Part shown: positions 19,421 through 28,641 of the stretch, one piece after another | Numbering within the stretch: the stretch's first letter is position 1 | Layout of the letters: every line of letters begins with the position of its first letter | Origin: Patescibacteria group bacterium | Lineage (GTDB): Bacteria > Patescibacteriota > Minisyncoccia > Phycocordibacterales > UBA5272 | Assembly (NCBI GenBank): GCA_030916895.1 | Contig: JAUPVR010000001.1 | Span: forward strand, 1,887-65,886 | Direction: 5' to 3' | Length of the DNA: 64,000 nucleotides | The notes under the pieces: model-generated | Seen by the model: the letters and a program-made list of their open reading frames with translations, nothing else | What the model was told of the DNA's origin: nothing | The model's database searches: none | Position numbers and translations under genes: made by a program

Positions 19421-20523
19421 TTATTTTTAGTATCCTGTTTTTTATTCCTGCATTTTCTGGTAATGCTCTAGAAGCATCAATTATTCAAGAGGTTGATACA
19501 ACGCATCGCGTTGAGGTTACAAAGATTTACAGCGAAGAAGAAAGGGATGTTCCAAACACAAACACTAAGGCAAAGTATCAATCGTTTCAGGTGACCTTTC
19601 TTGATGGCACAATGAAAGGGAAAACTGTTACTCTTGATGAGGGTGGTTTTAATGTTGCTGTTGGTGATATTTTTTATTTACGCTACCTAAAAACAAATGA
19701 TGGGCAGGAATACTTTTCTCTCCAAGAGCCGTACAGGTTTCCAGCGTTAATCACCCTTATTGTTTTTTTCATTATCTTAGTTCTTCTTCTTGGAGGAAAG
19801 CATGGATTTCTATCTCTTGTTTCACTCTTTATTTCTTTTGGGGTAATTTTTAAATTCCTTTTCCCTGAACTTCTTTCAGGTGCGAATGTTATTTTTGTCG
19901 CAACAAGCATCGCTCTTTTATCATTGTTTGTTGTTATGTACGTAACGCATGGCTTTACTCGATTAACAACATCTGCTTTTTTGGGTTCGTCTGGTGCGGT
20001 TCTTGTTACGGTCGTTCTTGCAAAGTATGCGGTTGCGATGACTTCCCTTACTGGATACGCAGAAGAGGAGAGTGTTTACCTTAATTTAGCAACTGGCGGA
20101 AGCCTGGATTTTGTCGCGCTTTTAATTGGTGGAATCATTATCGGTGTCATTGGTGTTGTCGATGATGTAGCAATTACCCAAGCCTCTATTGTTAATGAAC
20201 TTCGCCAAGCAAACAAAAACCTTTCTCGTTTTGAGGTGTACACAAAAGCACTTAAGGTTGGTAAGGATCACATCGGCGCTGTAGTAAATACACTCATCTT
20301 GGCGTACACCGGCGCATCGCTTCCGCTCGTCCTTTTACTGTATACATCAACAAGTCCATTTATTGAACTTTTTAATCGTGAAGCAATTGCTGTTGAAGTC
20401 GTGCGAAGTGTTGTCGGGTCAATTGGATTACTTTTGGTTATGCCACTTACCACAGCGATTGCTGTATGGCTTATGTATCGAAATGGAAGTAATGATGCAC
20501 ATACGCATCACCACCATCATTAA
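19402..20523 (+). CDS. YibE/F-family membrane protein with C-terminal poly-His tail
   Basis: Multi-TM YibE/F-like topology; ends HTHHHHH; overlaps the fur-family gene 3' end, so likely the same operon. Confidence 0.55.
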   Translation: MQTLRIVIFSILFFIPAFSGNALEASIIQEVDTTHRVEVTKIYSEEERDVPNTNTKAKYQSFQVTFLDGTMKGKTVTLDEGGFNVAVGDIFYLRYLKTNDGQEYFSLQEPYRFPALITLIVFFIILVLLLGGKHGFLSLVSLFISFGVIFKFLFPELLSGANVIFVATSIALLSLFVVMYVTHGFTRLTTSAFLGSSGAVLVTVVLAKYAVAMTSLTGYAEEESVYLNLATGGSLDFVALLIGGIIIGVIGVVDDVAITQASIVNELRQANKNLSRFEVYTKALKVGKDHIGAVVNTLILAYTGASLPLVLLLYTSTSPFIELFNREAIAVEVVRSVVGSIGLLLVMPLTTAIAVWLMYRNGSNDAHTHHHHH

Positions 20524-20542
20524 GTGATACACTGTTTGTACT

Positions 20543-20998
20543 ATGATTTCTGTTAAACAAAAAGCGCCAGCATTTTCACTTTTTGACCAAGATGGAAAGT
20601 TGCACAAGCTTTCAGATTATAAAGGTAAAAAAGTTTTACTATATTTTTATCCAAAAGATGACACCCCAGGATGCACTGAAGAGGCATGTAATTTTCGTGA
20701 TGGGTATAAAGAGTTTCAAAAACTCGGACTGGTTATTTTAGGAGTAAGTGCGGATTCTGTAAAGAGTCACAAAAAATTTGCTGAGAAATTTAAACTCCCA
20801 TTTCCAATTCTTTCCGATGAAAGTAAAGAAGTCTGTGAGGCCTACGGTGTGTGGGGAAAGAAAAAGTTTATGGGTCGTGAGTACATGGGGATTACGCGCT
20901 CAAGCTTTTTAATTGACGAACAAGGGAAGATCGCAAAAGTGTACGAACAAGTAAAAACAAAAGTGCACGCAGGGGAGGTGAGGTCAGATATGAAATAG
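20543..20998 (+). CDS. bcp: thioredoxin-dependent peroxiredoxin
   Basis: PGCT peroxidatic-Cys motif, 151 aa. Confidence 0.85.
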   Translation: MISVKQKAPAFSLFDQDGKLHKLSDYKGKKVLLYFYPKDDTPGCTEEACNFRDGYKEFQKLGLVILGVSADSVKSHKKFAEKFKLPFPILSDESKEVCEAYGVWGKKKFMGREYMGITRSSFLIDEQGKIAKVYEQVKTKVHAGEVRSDMK

Positions 20999-21000
20999 AG

Positions 21001-21030
21001 AAAGGGCGAACGCGGTTGCGTTCGCCCTTT
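21001..21030. terminator. bidirectional terminator hairpin
   Basis: aaagggcgaacgc ggtt gcgttcgcccttt. Confidence 0.7.
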
Positions 21031-21050
21031 GAAGCTTTGCGGTCCGCGCG

Positions 21051-21611
21051 TTACGCGGTCGCAGGCGGGGTGGTCTTTCGGCCGAAGTTCAGCCAGAGAC
21101 CGATCACACCTGTCGTCAGCCACTGCCAGACCATGATGGTCGCGAAGTTGTTGAAGGCAGACATCGTGGAGACCATGCCCTTCTTGACCTCCGTGCAGAG
21201 GTAGATCTCCGAGACGACACTGCACATCACGAGGATGAGGGACATCGTCCCGAAGAGCATCGCCATCTTGCCAAGCGTGATCGTCCGCTTGTTGGCCTCT
21301 TCGCCACCGGAGGTGAAGGCCGTGTGGGCCACGATGCCGATGAAGGCGGTGATCGAGAGCATGATGACGCCGAAGGTGTACACCATCATGACGATGGACC
21401 AGAAAATCCAGTTGCTTGCGTCAATGGGTGACGCGCTCTGGTTGAGGAACCAGAGGATGCACGTGGTCGTGATGACCATGAGTGCCAGGTTCTTCGCTAC
21501 CGAGCGCCCCTCGGCATGTGTCTTTTGGTCCTTGCGGAACGAGCGGACGATGTTGATGGAGAGGGCCACGAAAACGAGGCCTGCGAGAAGCATCAAGAGA
21601 CGGGTCAGCAC
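21051..21611 (-). CDS. hypothetical 4-5 TM membrane protein in a GC-rich island
   Basis: GTG start with SD aaaggaa; consensus sigma70 promoter (ttgaca-17-tataat) upstream on the minus strand near 21665-21695; the CDS is about 60% GC. Confidence 0.55.
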   Translation of the reverse strand: MLTRLLMLLAGLVFVALSINIVRSFRKDQKTHAEGRSVAKNLALMVITTTCILWFLNQSASPIDASNWIFWSIVMMVYTFGVIMLSITAFIGIVAHTAFTSGGEEANKRTITLGKMAMLFGTMSLILVMCSVVSEIYLCTEVKKGMVSTMSAFNNFATIMVWQWLTTGVIGLWLNFGRKTTPPATA

Positions 21612-21750
21612 GGGAGTTCCTTTCGTAAAGAAGTGAGAAATTTTGCAATGAGCGGTACAATGTCAATTATATCATATTTAAACACTTTTGTCAAGTTAAA
21701 AAGCCAATAAAAACAAGCCTTTTCAGGCCTATTTTTTGTTTTCTGGTGGG

Positions 21751-22479
21751 TTACCGGTTGAGCGCTTCCTCAATTGCGGCCATGAATATCGGCTGTGGTT
21801 GAGCACCATCAATTGCTGCAACAATCTCATAACCTTTTCTTGTTTTGGAGAGAATAAACGTTGCTGGTGTTCCTTGTACTCCTGCAACTGCTCCATCTTG
21901 TTGGTGCATGTTTACAATCGGTGCAGTTTCCTGTGATGTCATACAGTCAGAAAATGCTTTTGCGTCAAGTCCAGTTTTTGTGGCCACGGCGTTTACATTG
22001 TTGTTTGCTGGGAGTTGTGTTGTCTTGTTATTAAATTTGTAATCAAAGAGGTTGTTTGCAAAACTATAATAACCAACATCGCCCCCGACTTTTCCAGCGC
22101 AAGAAATCGCCCGCGCTTCATCAAATGCATTAGGGTGAATTTGGGTAAGTGGGAAATGGCGATAAACGTACGCAATTTTATCTTTGTAAGTTTCTTGAAC
22201 CTGCTTAATGGTTGGGTGAAGTGAAATACAGTATGGGCATTCTGTATCAGAGTACTCAATAACGATAACATCGCTATTTTTCTTACCAAAGACGTAGTCG
22301 TTCTCAGTGATCATGCTCCCTGCAAACATTTGAAGAGGAGCCTTTGTACCACCTCCGGTAATTGCGCCGTATCCCATGAGTCCTAACGATATGATGATGG
22401 ACGCAAGGACAATTGCTTGTGGAGTTGTAAGCGACATTTGCTTACATGAATGGATAATTTTTGTTATTTTTTGTTTCAT
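21751..22479 (-). CDS. DsbA-family thiol:disulfide oxidoreductase
   Basis: CPYC thioredoxin-fold active site with N-terminal TM anchor; start taken at MKQKI. Confidence 0.8.
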   Translation of the reverse strand: MKQKITKIIHSCKQMSLTTPQAIVLASIIISLGLMGYGAITGGGTKAPLQMFAGSMITENDYVFGKKNSDVIVIEYSDTECPYCISLHPTIKQVQETYKDKIAYVYRHFPLTQIHPNAFDEARAISCAGKVGGDVGYYSFANNLFDYKFNNKTTQLPANNNVNAVATKTGLDAKAFSDCMTSQETAPIVNMHQQDGAVAGVQGTPATFILSKTRKGYEIVAAIDGAQPQPIFMAAIEEALNR

Positions 22480-22523
22480 AGTGTACGTAGTGTTGTATAC
22501 TGAAAGTATTAAGAAAGTATAGC

Positions 22524-23099
22524 ATGCCATCTTTTAAGCAAATACCGAGGCACATTATCCGTAATCTCATTGTGAGCGGATTTTTAGAGTTTGGCCCGGT
22601 TATTGTTTTTCTTGCGGCGTATGACCTCTTTCACATCTACAAAGCAACGCTTCTTTTGGTTATTGCAACGATTATAGCAACAGTTATTAGCCACCATCTC
22701 CAACACCGTTTGCCGTACGTTGGTCTTTACATTGCTTTTCTTACAACCGTGTTTGGTTACCTAACACTTTGGCATCACAGCCCGCACTTTATTCAATTAC
22801 GCGACACTGTTTATGATGCAATTAATGCATCCATACTCCTTCTTGGTCTTTTCTTTAACTCACTTCTTTTTAAGCATGCTTTTCATGACGTCATTCCAAT
22901 GACCGATCGCGCATGGCGACGCCTCACGTATGCATGGATTTTTTTCTTTTTTGTGGCAGCGAGCTTAAATGAGTATGTTCGTCACACGTACTCGCTTGAT
23001 GTATGGGTAGTTTTTAAAACATCAATGGCACTTGTTACAACAGTAGTAGGTATTATCTTCTTTTTTGCACTTTATGAAAAACAGGAAGAAAAAATATAA
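22524..23099 (+). CDS. YciB/IspZ-like inner-membrane protein
   Basis: 191 aa, 5 TM helices; weak family resemblance only. Confidence 0.4.
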   Translation: MPSFKQIPRHIIRNLIVSGFLEFGPVIVFLAAYDLFHIYKATLLLVIATIIATVISHHLQHRLPYVGLYIAFLTTVFGYLTLWHHSPHFIQLRDTVYDAINASILLLGLFFNSLLFKHAFHDVIPMTDRAWRRLTYAWIFFFFVAASLNEYVRHTYSLDVWVVFKTSMALVTTVVGIIFFFALYEKQEEKI

Positions 23100-23102
23100 G
23101 GT

Positions 23103-23675
23103 ATGACAAAAAAGAAAATTCCCGACAATGCAAGGTTGGTTTTCAAAGGTGCTCTCCATGATATTTATCAATGGGATCAAGAAATGTTTGATGGTTCGAC
23201 TGCTGTTTTTGAGGCAATCAGAAAAAGGGATGGAATTACCGTGGTCGCCGTCGTTGGAGAGAATATTATCGTAAATCGCGAAGAACAGCCGTATCGAGGC
23301 GAGTTCCTCTCATTACCTGGAGGGTTAAGCGAGGGAGAGGAAGATCCTCTTTCGAACGCGAAGCGCGAACTACTCGAAGAAACAGGATATATTTCTTCAG
23401 ACTGGGAACTTTGGTTTGTGTCTGATATTTTGAATTATGTAAAGATGGACTGGAACAATCATTTTTTCATTGCGCGTGATTGCAAAAAAGTTGGAGAACA
23501 GAAACTAGATGCTGGCGAGAAGATAGATGTAACATTCGTAACATTTGATGACTTCTTGGAATTGAGAAACAACCCGATGGTGAGAAATCACGACCTCTTT
23601 CCAATACTAGAAAAAATAAGTAAGAGTGAAGAAGAAACAGAAAAGGTGAAGAAACTATTTGGTCTCACGAATTAG
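23103..23675 (+). CDS. NUDIX hydrolase
   Basis: Nudix box GGLSEGEEDPLSNAKRELLEETG. Confidence 0.8.
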   Translation: MTKKKIPDNARLVFKGALHDIYQWDQEMFDGSTAVFEAIRKRDGITVVAVVGENIIVNREEQPYRGEFLSLPGGLSEGEEDPLSNAKRELLEETGYISSDWELWFVSDILNYVKMDWNNHFFIARDCKKVGEQKLDAGEKIDVTFVTFDDFLELRNNPMVRNHDLFPILEKISKSEEETEKVKKLFGLTN

Positions 23676-23676
23676 T

Positions 23677-24456
23677 TTAGCTTACAACATTACTTAGGAT
23701 GATAAAAGCAATAATAGAAAGCACAATACGATAGTATCCAAACACCGAAAATGAGCGCGTGCGAATGTAGTTGATGAACACTTTAATCACGATAAGCGCA
23801 ACCATAAATGACGTTGCAAGACCAATTAAAAGTGCCGAGAGGTTTCCTCCTGCAGTTAAAACTTCAGGATGCTTGTAGATGCTATAGAGTGTTGCGGCAC
23901 ACATGGTTGGAACCGCAAGAAGGAATGTAAATTCGGTGAGAGCTTTTCTCTCAAGGCGCATGAACATGCCACCAACAATTATCGCACCAGAACGCGAGAC
24001 ACCAGGAACAATGGCAAGTGTTTGAAGGAGACCAAGGAGAAAAGCTTCTTTGTAGCCAATGTGTGAACTCACACCGACCTCACTTAATTTTTTCTTATAC
24101 CATTTTTCTGCAAGGATAATGATGATTCCACCAACAAAAAGTGTGAAAACAACAATAAACGGATTATTCAAGAGGAGTTTAATGTATTTGAAAACAGTAA
24201 AACCAATAATACCCGTTGGAATAAAACCAAGAATAAGTTTTTTGATAAGGTTAAAATTCCAAAGTTCGTGCCAATAGAAAACAATAACAGCGAGAATTGC
24301 ACCAACTTGAATTGCAATATCGAACGTTACTAAGAATTGAGATTGCTCTATGCGCATCAACGTTTGCACTAAAACGAGGTGCCCGGTTGATGAAATGGGG
24401 AGGAATTCAGTAAGCCCTTCGACGACACCCAAAATGAAGGATTGCAGTAATGTCAT
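23677..24456 (-). CDS. uppP: undecaprenyl-diphosphate phosphatase
   Basis: EFLPISSTGHL BacA motif. Confidence 0.9.
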   Translation of the reverse strand: MTLLQSFILGVVEGLTEFLPISSTGHLVLVQTLMRIEQSQFLVTFDIAIQVGAILAVIVFYWHELWNFNLIKKLILGFIPTGIIGFTVFKYIKLLLNNPFIVVFTLFVGGIIIILAEKWYKKKLSEVGVSSHIGYKEAFLLGLLQTLAIVPGVSRSGAIIVGGMFMRLERKALTEFTFLLAVPTMCAATLYSIYKHPEVLTAGGNLSALLIGLATSFMVALIVIKVFINYIRTRSFSVFGYYRIVLSIIAFIILSNVVS

Positions 24457-24549
24457 TTCAGTATTCTACCACGGCACACGCAAAACGTGTTGATATCTAT
24501 CCCTTTTTTAGAAAAAATAAAGAACTGCCATGATACACTTGATACACGT

Positions 24550-26775
24550 ATGCGCTTGTCTCATATCACTATTTCAGGCTTTAAATCATTTGCTAAGAAG
24601 ACCACAATTGATGTTACTCACCAAGTAACGGGGGTTGTTGGTCCAAATGGTTCTGGCAAATCAAACGTTGCCGAGGCGATTCGTTTCGTGCTTGGTGAAC
24701 AATCAATGAAATCAATGCGCGGAAAGTTAGGATCTGATCTCATCTTTAAAGGCTCTGAGCACTTAAGCCCACTTTCACGCGCCTCGGTGACGATGGTTAT
24801 TGATAATCGCGATAAGGTTGATACAACACATGCAAGTCAGGAACTTGCACCATATCTTGTGTACGATCAACTTACACTTGCACGTGTTATCTACGCTGAT
24901 GGTACGAGTGACTACACGTTAAACGACGCAAAGGTACGCTTAAAAGATGTGCAAGAACTTTTGGCGTTTGCGGGTATCGGTGGAAGTAACCACACAATCA
25001 TTAATCAAGGTGAAGCGGATAAAATATTACTTGCGTCTCCACGTGAACGAAAGGAGGCAATTGAAGATGCGCTTGGTTTGCGCGTTTTTCATATTCGTCT
25101 CCATGAGAGCGAGCGAAAACTTGAAAAAGTAAAAGTACACGTGCACGAAGTTGAACTCTTGCGTAAAGAAGTTGCCCCACACTTGATTCACTTAAAGAGG
25201 CAGGTTGATAAATTGGAATCAAAAGAAAAAGAAAGACAATTATTACATAGATTGCTTACAGCGTACTTTGTTCGTGAAGAAAGAGAGCTTGCAATTTTGA
25301 ATGAAAAGATTCACGAAGCGGGTACATCGCATTCTCTTTCGCTTATTACAAACTCGATACACAAAGAACTCGAGGTTCTTAGAGAAAAGAAATCGGAAGT
25401 GCAAACAAATTCGCATCACGAAAAGCATACACTTCAAGCGGAAATTAGAACACTCCTTGAACGACGTGACCAGGTAACCAAAACACTCGGGCGTCTTGAA
25501 GCAGAAAAAAATTATCTTCAAAAAGAACTTGTCAAAGAGGAAGTTGCTACGGATGTTGTTGTGGGTTATGAGATTTTCAGAAAAACAGGAGAAGATGTAA
25601 AACACATCGCACACACAATTAAGGATGCAATTTCAGAGCAACGAGTAGACACGCTTGTTCCTCTTATGCAAACTGTCGACGGATCGGTTCATTTTTTTGA
25701 GTCACATGCAAAAAGTAGAGAAAGTGATAAAGAGTCAATTAAAAATAAATTAATTGAACTTGATGGTGAAATAAAAGCATATGAAGAAAAAGAGGTGGAT
25801 ATGGCAAAGACTGTTAAATCTCTTGAAGAGAAACTTGAATCTGTTAATACTCAAGCAGAAACCGCAATTCATTCTCGTTTTGAAGAAGAAAAAAAGAAAG
25901 TACTTCTTGAAAGCAAGCTTCGTGAACTTGAGAGTATGATTGCGCTACGCAAGCAAGAAGAAGGGGAAGTTGCTTCTCGTAAGGAACGCTTCGATGCACT
26001 GTTGGCAGAGGGTTCGGTGATCGTTGGTCGTGAGGTACTTTCGTATCGTGAGACGACCCCTGAAGAAACGTATATGACAATGGAAAAACCCGCGCTCATG
26101 AAAGCAATTGAACGCTCCAAACTTCGCATTGAAGAAGCAGGGATTCCAAATGCCTCCGAAGTTATTGCTGAGTACAAGACAACCAAAGAACGAGAAGAAT
26201 ATTTAAGTAAGGAACTTGCTGATATTCGTCAAACTGAGGCAAAACTGCTCGAACTTATCAAAGAACTCCAAACTTCTCTTGAGGAGAGATTTAATACTGG
26301 TATCAAACGAATCTCGGAGATCTTTACTGATTTTTTTGCAGAAGTATTTCCTAATGGTAAAGGTAAACTTGTACTCATTAATATGACACGTACCGACGAA
26401 GATGGTAACACCATCACTGAACAGGGGGTTGATATCGATGTCTCGCTTCCACATAAAAAAGTAAAAGAGATACAAATGTTTTCTGGTGGCGAACGTGCGC
26501 TTACCTCTATTGCACTTTTGTTTGCAATGTCGTCACTCACTCCTCCACCGTTTATGGTGCTTGATGAAACAGATGCACCGCTGGATGAATCAAATGCACG
26601 AAAGTATGGTTCGATGCTTTCTCGTCTTGCTGAGAAGAGCAAACTTTTGGTAATTACACACAACCGCGAAACGATGAATCACTGCGACATGCTCTATGGG
26701 GTGACCATTGGTGTTGATGGTTCAAGTCGTTTGCTTTCAATTAATTTTAAAGAAGCCGAAGGGTTTGCGAGGTAG
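24550..26775 (+). CDS. smc: SMC-family ATPase (short chromosome-segregation-like protein)
   Basis: Walker A GPNGSGKSN, long coiled coils, C-terminal FSGGERALTSIALLFA signature and D-loop; start taken at MRLSHITISGF. Confidence 0.75.
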   Translation: MRLSHITISGFKSFAKKTTIDVTHQVTGVVGPNGSGKSNVAEAIRFVLGEQSMKSMRGKLGSDLIFKGSEHLSPLSRASVTMVIDNRDKVDTTHASQELAPYLVYDQLTLARVIYADGTSDYTLNDAKVRLKDVQELLAFAGIGGSNHTIINQGEADKILLASPRERKEAIEDALGLRVFHIRLHESERKLEKVKVHVHEVELLRKEVAPHLIHLKRQVDKLESKEKERQLLHRLLTAYFVREERELAILNEKIHEAGTSHSLSLITNSIHKELEVLREKKSEVQTNSHHEKHTLQAEIRTLLERRDQVTKTLGRLEAEKNYLQKELVKEEVATDVVVGYEIFRKTGEDVKHIAHTIKDAISEQRVDTLVPLMQTVDGSVHFFESHAKSRESDKESIKNKLIELDGEIKAYEEKEVDMAKTVKSLEEKLESVNTQAETAIHSRFEEEKKKVLLESKLRELESMIALRKQEEGEVASRKERFDALLAEGSVIVGREVLSYRETTPEETYMTMEKPALMKAIERSKLRIEEAGIPNASEVIAEYKTTKEREEYLSKELADIRQTEAKLLELIKELQTSLEERFNTGIKRISEIFTDFFAEVFPNGKGKLVLINMTRTDEDGNTITEQGVDIDVSLPHKKVKEIQMFSGGERALTSIALLFAMSSLTPPPFMVLDETDAPLDESNARKYGSMLSRLAEKSKLLVITHNRETMNHCDMLYGVTIGVDGSSRLLSINFKEAEGFAR

Positions 26776-26837
26776 TTGATTTTTGAATACAAGAGGTATA
26801 GGATTGCAGGAAACAGTGTCCCCAAAGAGAGGTATTC

Positions 26838-27056
26838 ATGGGAAAAGAATTCTCGCTCATTTCCGAGGAATCACTCGGTAAATGCCCGCGGTGCGATTCG
26901 GGCGAAGTGGTACTGAAAACATTTGCGCGAAAAACTCTCAAGAAAAATGGCCGGCCTCACCATAAGAGAGAGTGCAAGTGTACCCTTTGTTCTTGGAACT
27001 ACGACCCCAGATACTTTGGAAAAACCAAGTTCTATACATGGGGTTCGCGCGCTTAG
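26838..27056 (+). CDS. small zinc-ribbon protein (C-x2-C ... C-x-C-x2-C)
   Basis: 72 aa, SD agagagg, own terminator; convergent with the RT gene. Confidence 0.55.
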   Translation: MGKEFSLISEESLGKCPRCDSGEVVLKTFARKTLKKNGRPHHKRECKCTLCSWNYDPRYFGKTKFYTWGSRA

Positions 27057-27066
27057 GCGCGTTTTC
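27040..27066. terminator. shared bidirectional terminator between the Zn-ribbon gene and the RT
   Basis: gcgcgc tta ggcgcg followed by T-run on the plus strand; sits about 45 nt after the RT stop on the minus strand. Confidence 0.7.
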
Positions 27067-27111
27067 TTTTTATACAAAAACGGCGCCAAGATTTTTCCAA
27101 AAAGGATAGTC

Positions 27112-28242
27112 TTAGCGCCGAAGGGGCTTGTGCCGATTTTTGTAACGCTTCCTATATTCGTGCGAGGCGTGCTTGAATTCTTTGCAGAAATTGAGCGTCC
27201 TCTTATCGGTTTCGGTTGGCGTTACGAGCCGTAGGTAGTGAAGGAACTCTGCAATCATCCCGCGTATCACTTCTGGTGAATCGTTCCACGCAGGTGTTGC
27301 AAGGTAGCTTTTCATCACACCTTCGATACGGTCCCGCTTCCACCTAGGGAAACGAAGAACAGCTTTATCACCCGTATTTTCAATTCCCACCTTGGTGACA
27401 AATACCGTACCATGCTTCACATCAAGAACTCGTGACTTCCGGTGATTAACCGAGAAACCAGCGTCATTGATGAGGCTCCGTATTTCTCGCCGAAGATCGC
27501 TCCCGATAATGATGTCGCGGGAAAAAACCAAATCATCAACATAGCGAGTGTAGGTTATTGTTCGTTCGGTGTTTTCCTTAGACCCTTTTCTTTCACACAG
27601 AGCGCGAAGTTTGCTATCAAGAAAGACTTCGCAGTAAAGGTTAAGGAGACGTGGAGACATCGGTCCACCAATGGCGAGTCCGATGTTATTTGGTCCTGAA
27701 AAAGCAATTCGTACAAACTCTCGCAAGGGTAAGTACAGCTTGTCGGTTGTCATCATTTCCTGTGCAAGAGGATTTGAGGCGAACCAGCGAAGGGAATACC
27801 CAGAATCAAGCTGATACTTTCCGTAGTGAAAGATGAGGACGAGAAGCTTTGTCAGGCGGTCAAGGTCGACACTTGGATATGCGTGCACGAAGTCGGTGAT
27901 GTAGAAAAACCGATGACCTTTGTGCTTTTCAGCATTTACGAAGTGGTTAGATGATGGAACCGACCCCGTGGAAGACGGGAGTTTGCGCAGGGTGTAGGTT
28001 TCCCCGGTCCCATACACTTCACCGATTAGGTTGATTGCTTCATGTAGGTGTCGTTCGAAAACCGCATGAACTCTACGCATCGCCTTGTTCGGGGTGCTAA
28101 TGAGTCTTCGCTTGTCACCCACTTTTTTCCACTCTGTGTGGAATAGGGGCAATGTTTGCAAGTTGCTACCCATGAGTACATGCGGGTCGAAATGAAAAAG
28201 CTCCTCTTTTTGCGAAGGAGCCTTTTTTTGCTTTTTTGCCAT
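27112..28242 (-). CDS. reverse transcriptase, retron-type (stand-alone RT domain, about 376 aa)
   Basis: RT motifs read directly: KKVGDKRRLISTPNKAMRRV (motifs 1/2), ITDFVHAYPSVD (3), LAIGGPMSPRLLNLY (4, QG-x-P-x-SP type), YTRYVDDLVFS (5, compare retron YTRYADDLTFS), VFVTKVGI (VTG-like). SD aaggag sits 6 nt before the MAKKQ start; the 61-codon upstream extension in the ORF track is GC-rich leader, not coding. Confidence 0.85.
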   Translation of the reverse strand: MAKKQKKAPSQKEELFHFDPHVLMGSNLQTLPLFHTEWKKVGDKRRLISTPNKAMRRVHAVFERHLHEAINLIGEVYGTGETYTLRKLPSSTGSVPSSNHFVNAEKHKGHRFFYITDFVHAYPSVDLDRLTKLLVLIFHYGKYQLDSGYSLRWFASNPLAQEMMTTDKLYLPLREFVRIAFSGPNNIGLAIGGPMSPRLLNLYCEVFLDSKLRALCERKGSKENTERTITYTRYVDDLVFSRDIIIGSDLRREIRSLINDAGFSVNHRKSRVLDVKHGTVFVTKVGIENTGDKAVLRFPRWKRDRIEGVMKSYLATPAWNDSPEVIRGMIAEFLHYLRLVTPTETDKRTLNFCKEFKHASHEYRKRYKNRHKPLRR

Positions 28243-28306
28243 CGGAAGCTCCTTTGGTTTATGGGGTGATATTACAAATGAACATTTAAGTATTTCCACT
28301 GCTGGC

Positions 28307-28641
28307 GCTGGGGAGCCATGTAGATGCAGGGCAACACCCGAAGGTGCGTAACCAAAGCAGTGAACCGCGGGCCTGCGGCCGATCTCTCCTCCCGACCGAC
28401 TTCCGGCTGTTCGCGTGAATCGCACATGGCATGAACTTGCGATGACGCAGTCTGCTCGGACAGTGCCGAGGCTTCGCGGGCATAGCTTGCGCTATGAGGG
28501 AGGGCAACCCTCCCTTCCTGTCGCCAGACCTTACATCAAGAGAAAATTCCTCAAGAGAAGGCTTACTACGGCAGGATTTTGCTTAGGCACAACTACTTCT
28601 GTAATGCAGGATCTTGCACCCACAAGGTTTCGCTCCCCAGC
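28307..28641 (-). ncRNA. candidate structured ncRNA upstream of the RT (msr/msd-like or DRT-template-like)
   Basis: About 58-60% GC against a ~38% background; bracketed by 10-nt inverted repeats gctggggagc (28307-28316) and gctccccagc (28632-28641); internal hairpins include gggaggg-caa-ccctccc and a UUCG tetraloop stem; ends about 65 nt upstream of the RT start on the same strand. Confidence 0.45.

Noticed and set aside
27112-28425. Full 437-aa ORF-track model of the RT including 61 N-terminal codons
   Set aside because: The extension is GC-rich leader sequence. A canonical SD (aaggag) precedes the internal MAKKQ start at 28242, and the extension overlaps the structured ncRNA candidate.
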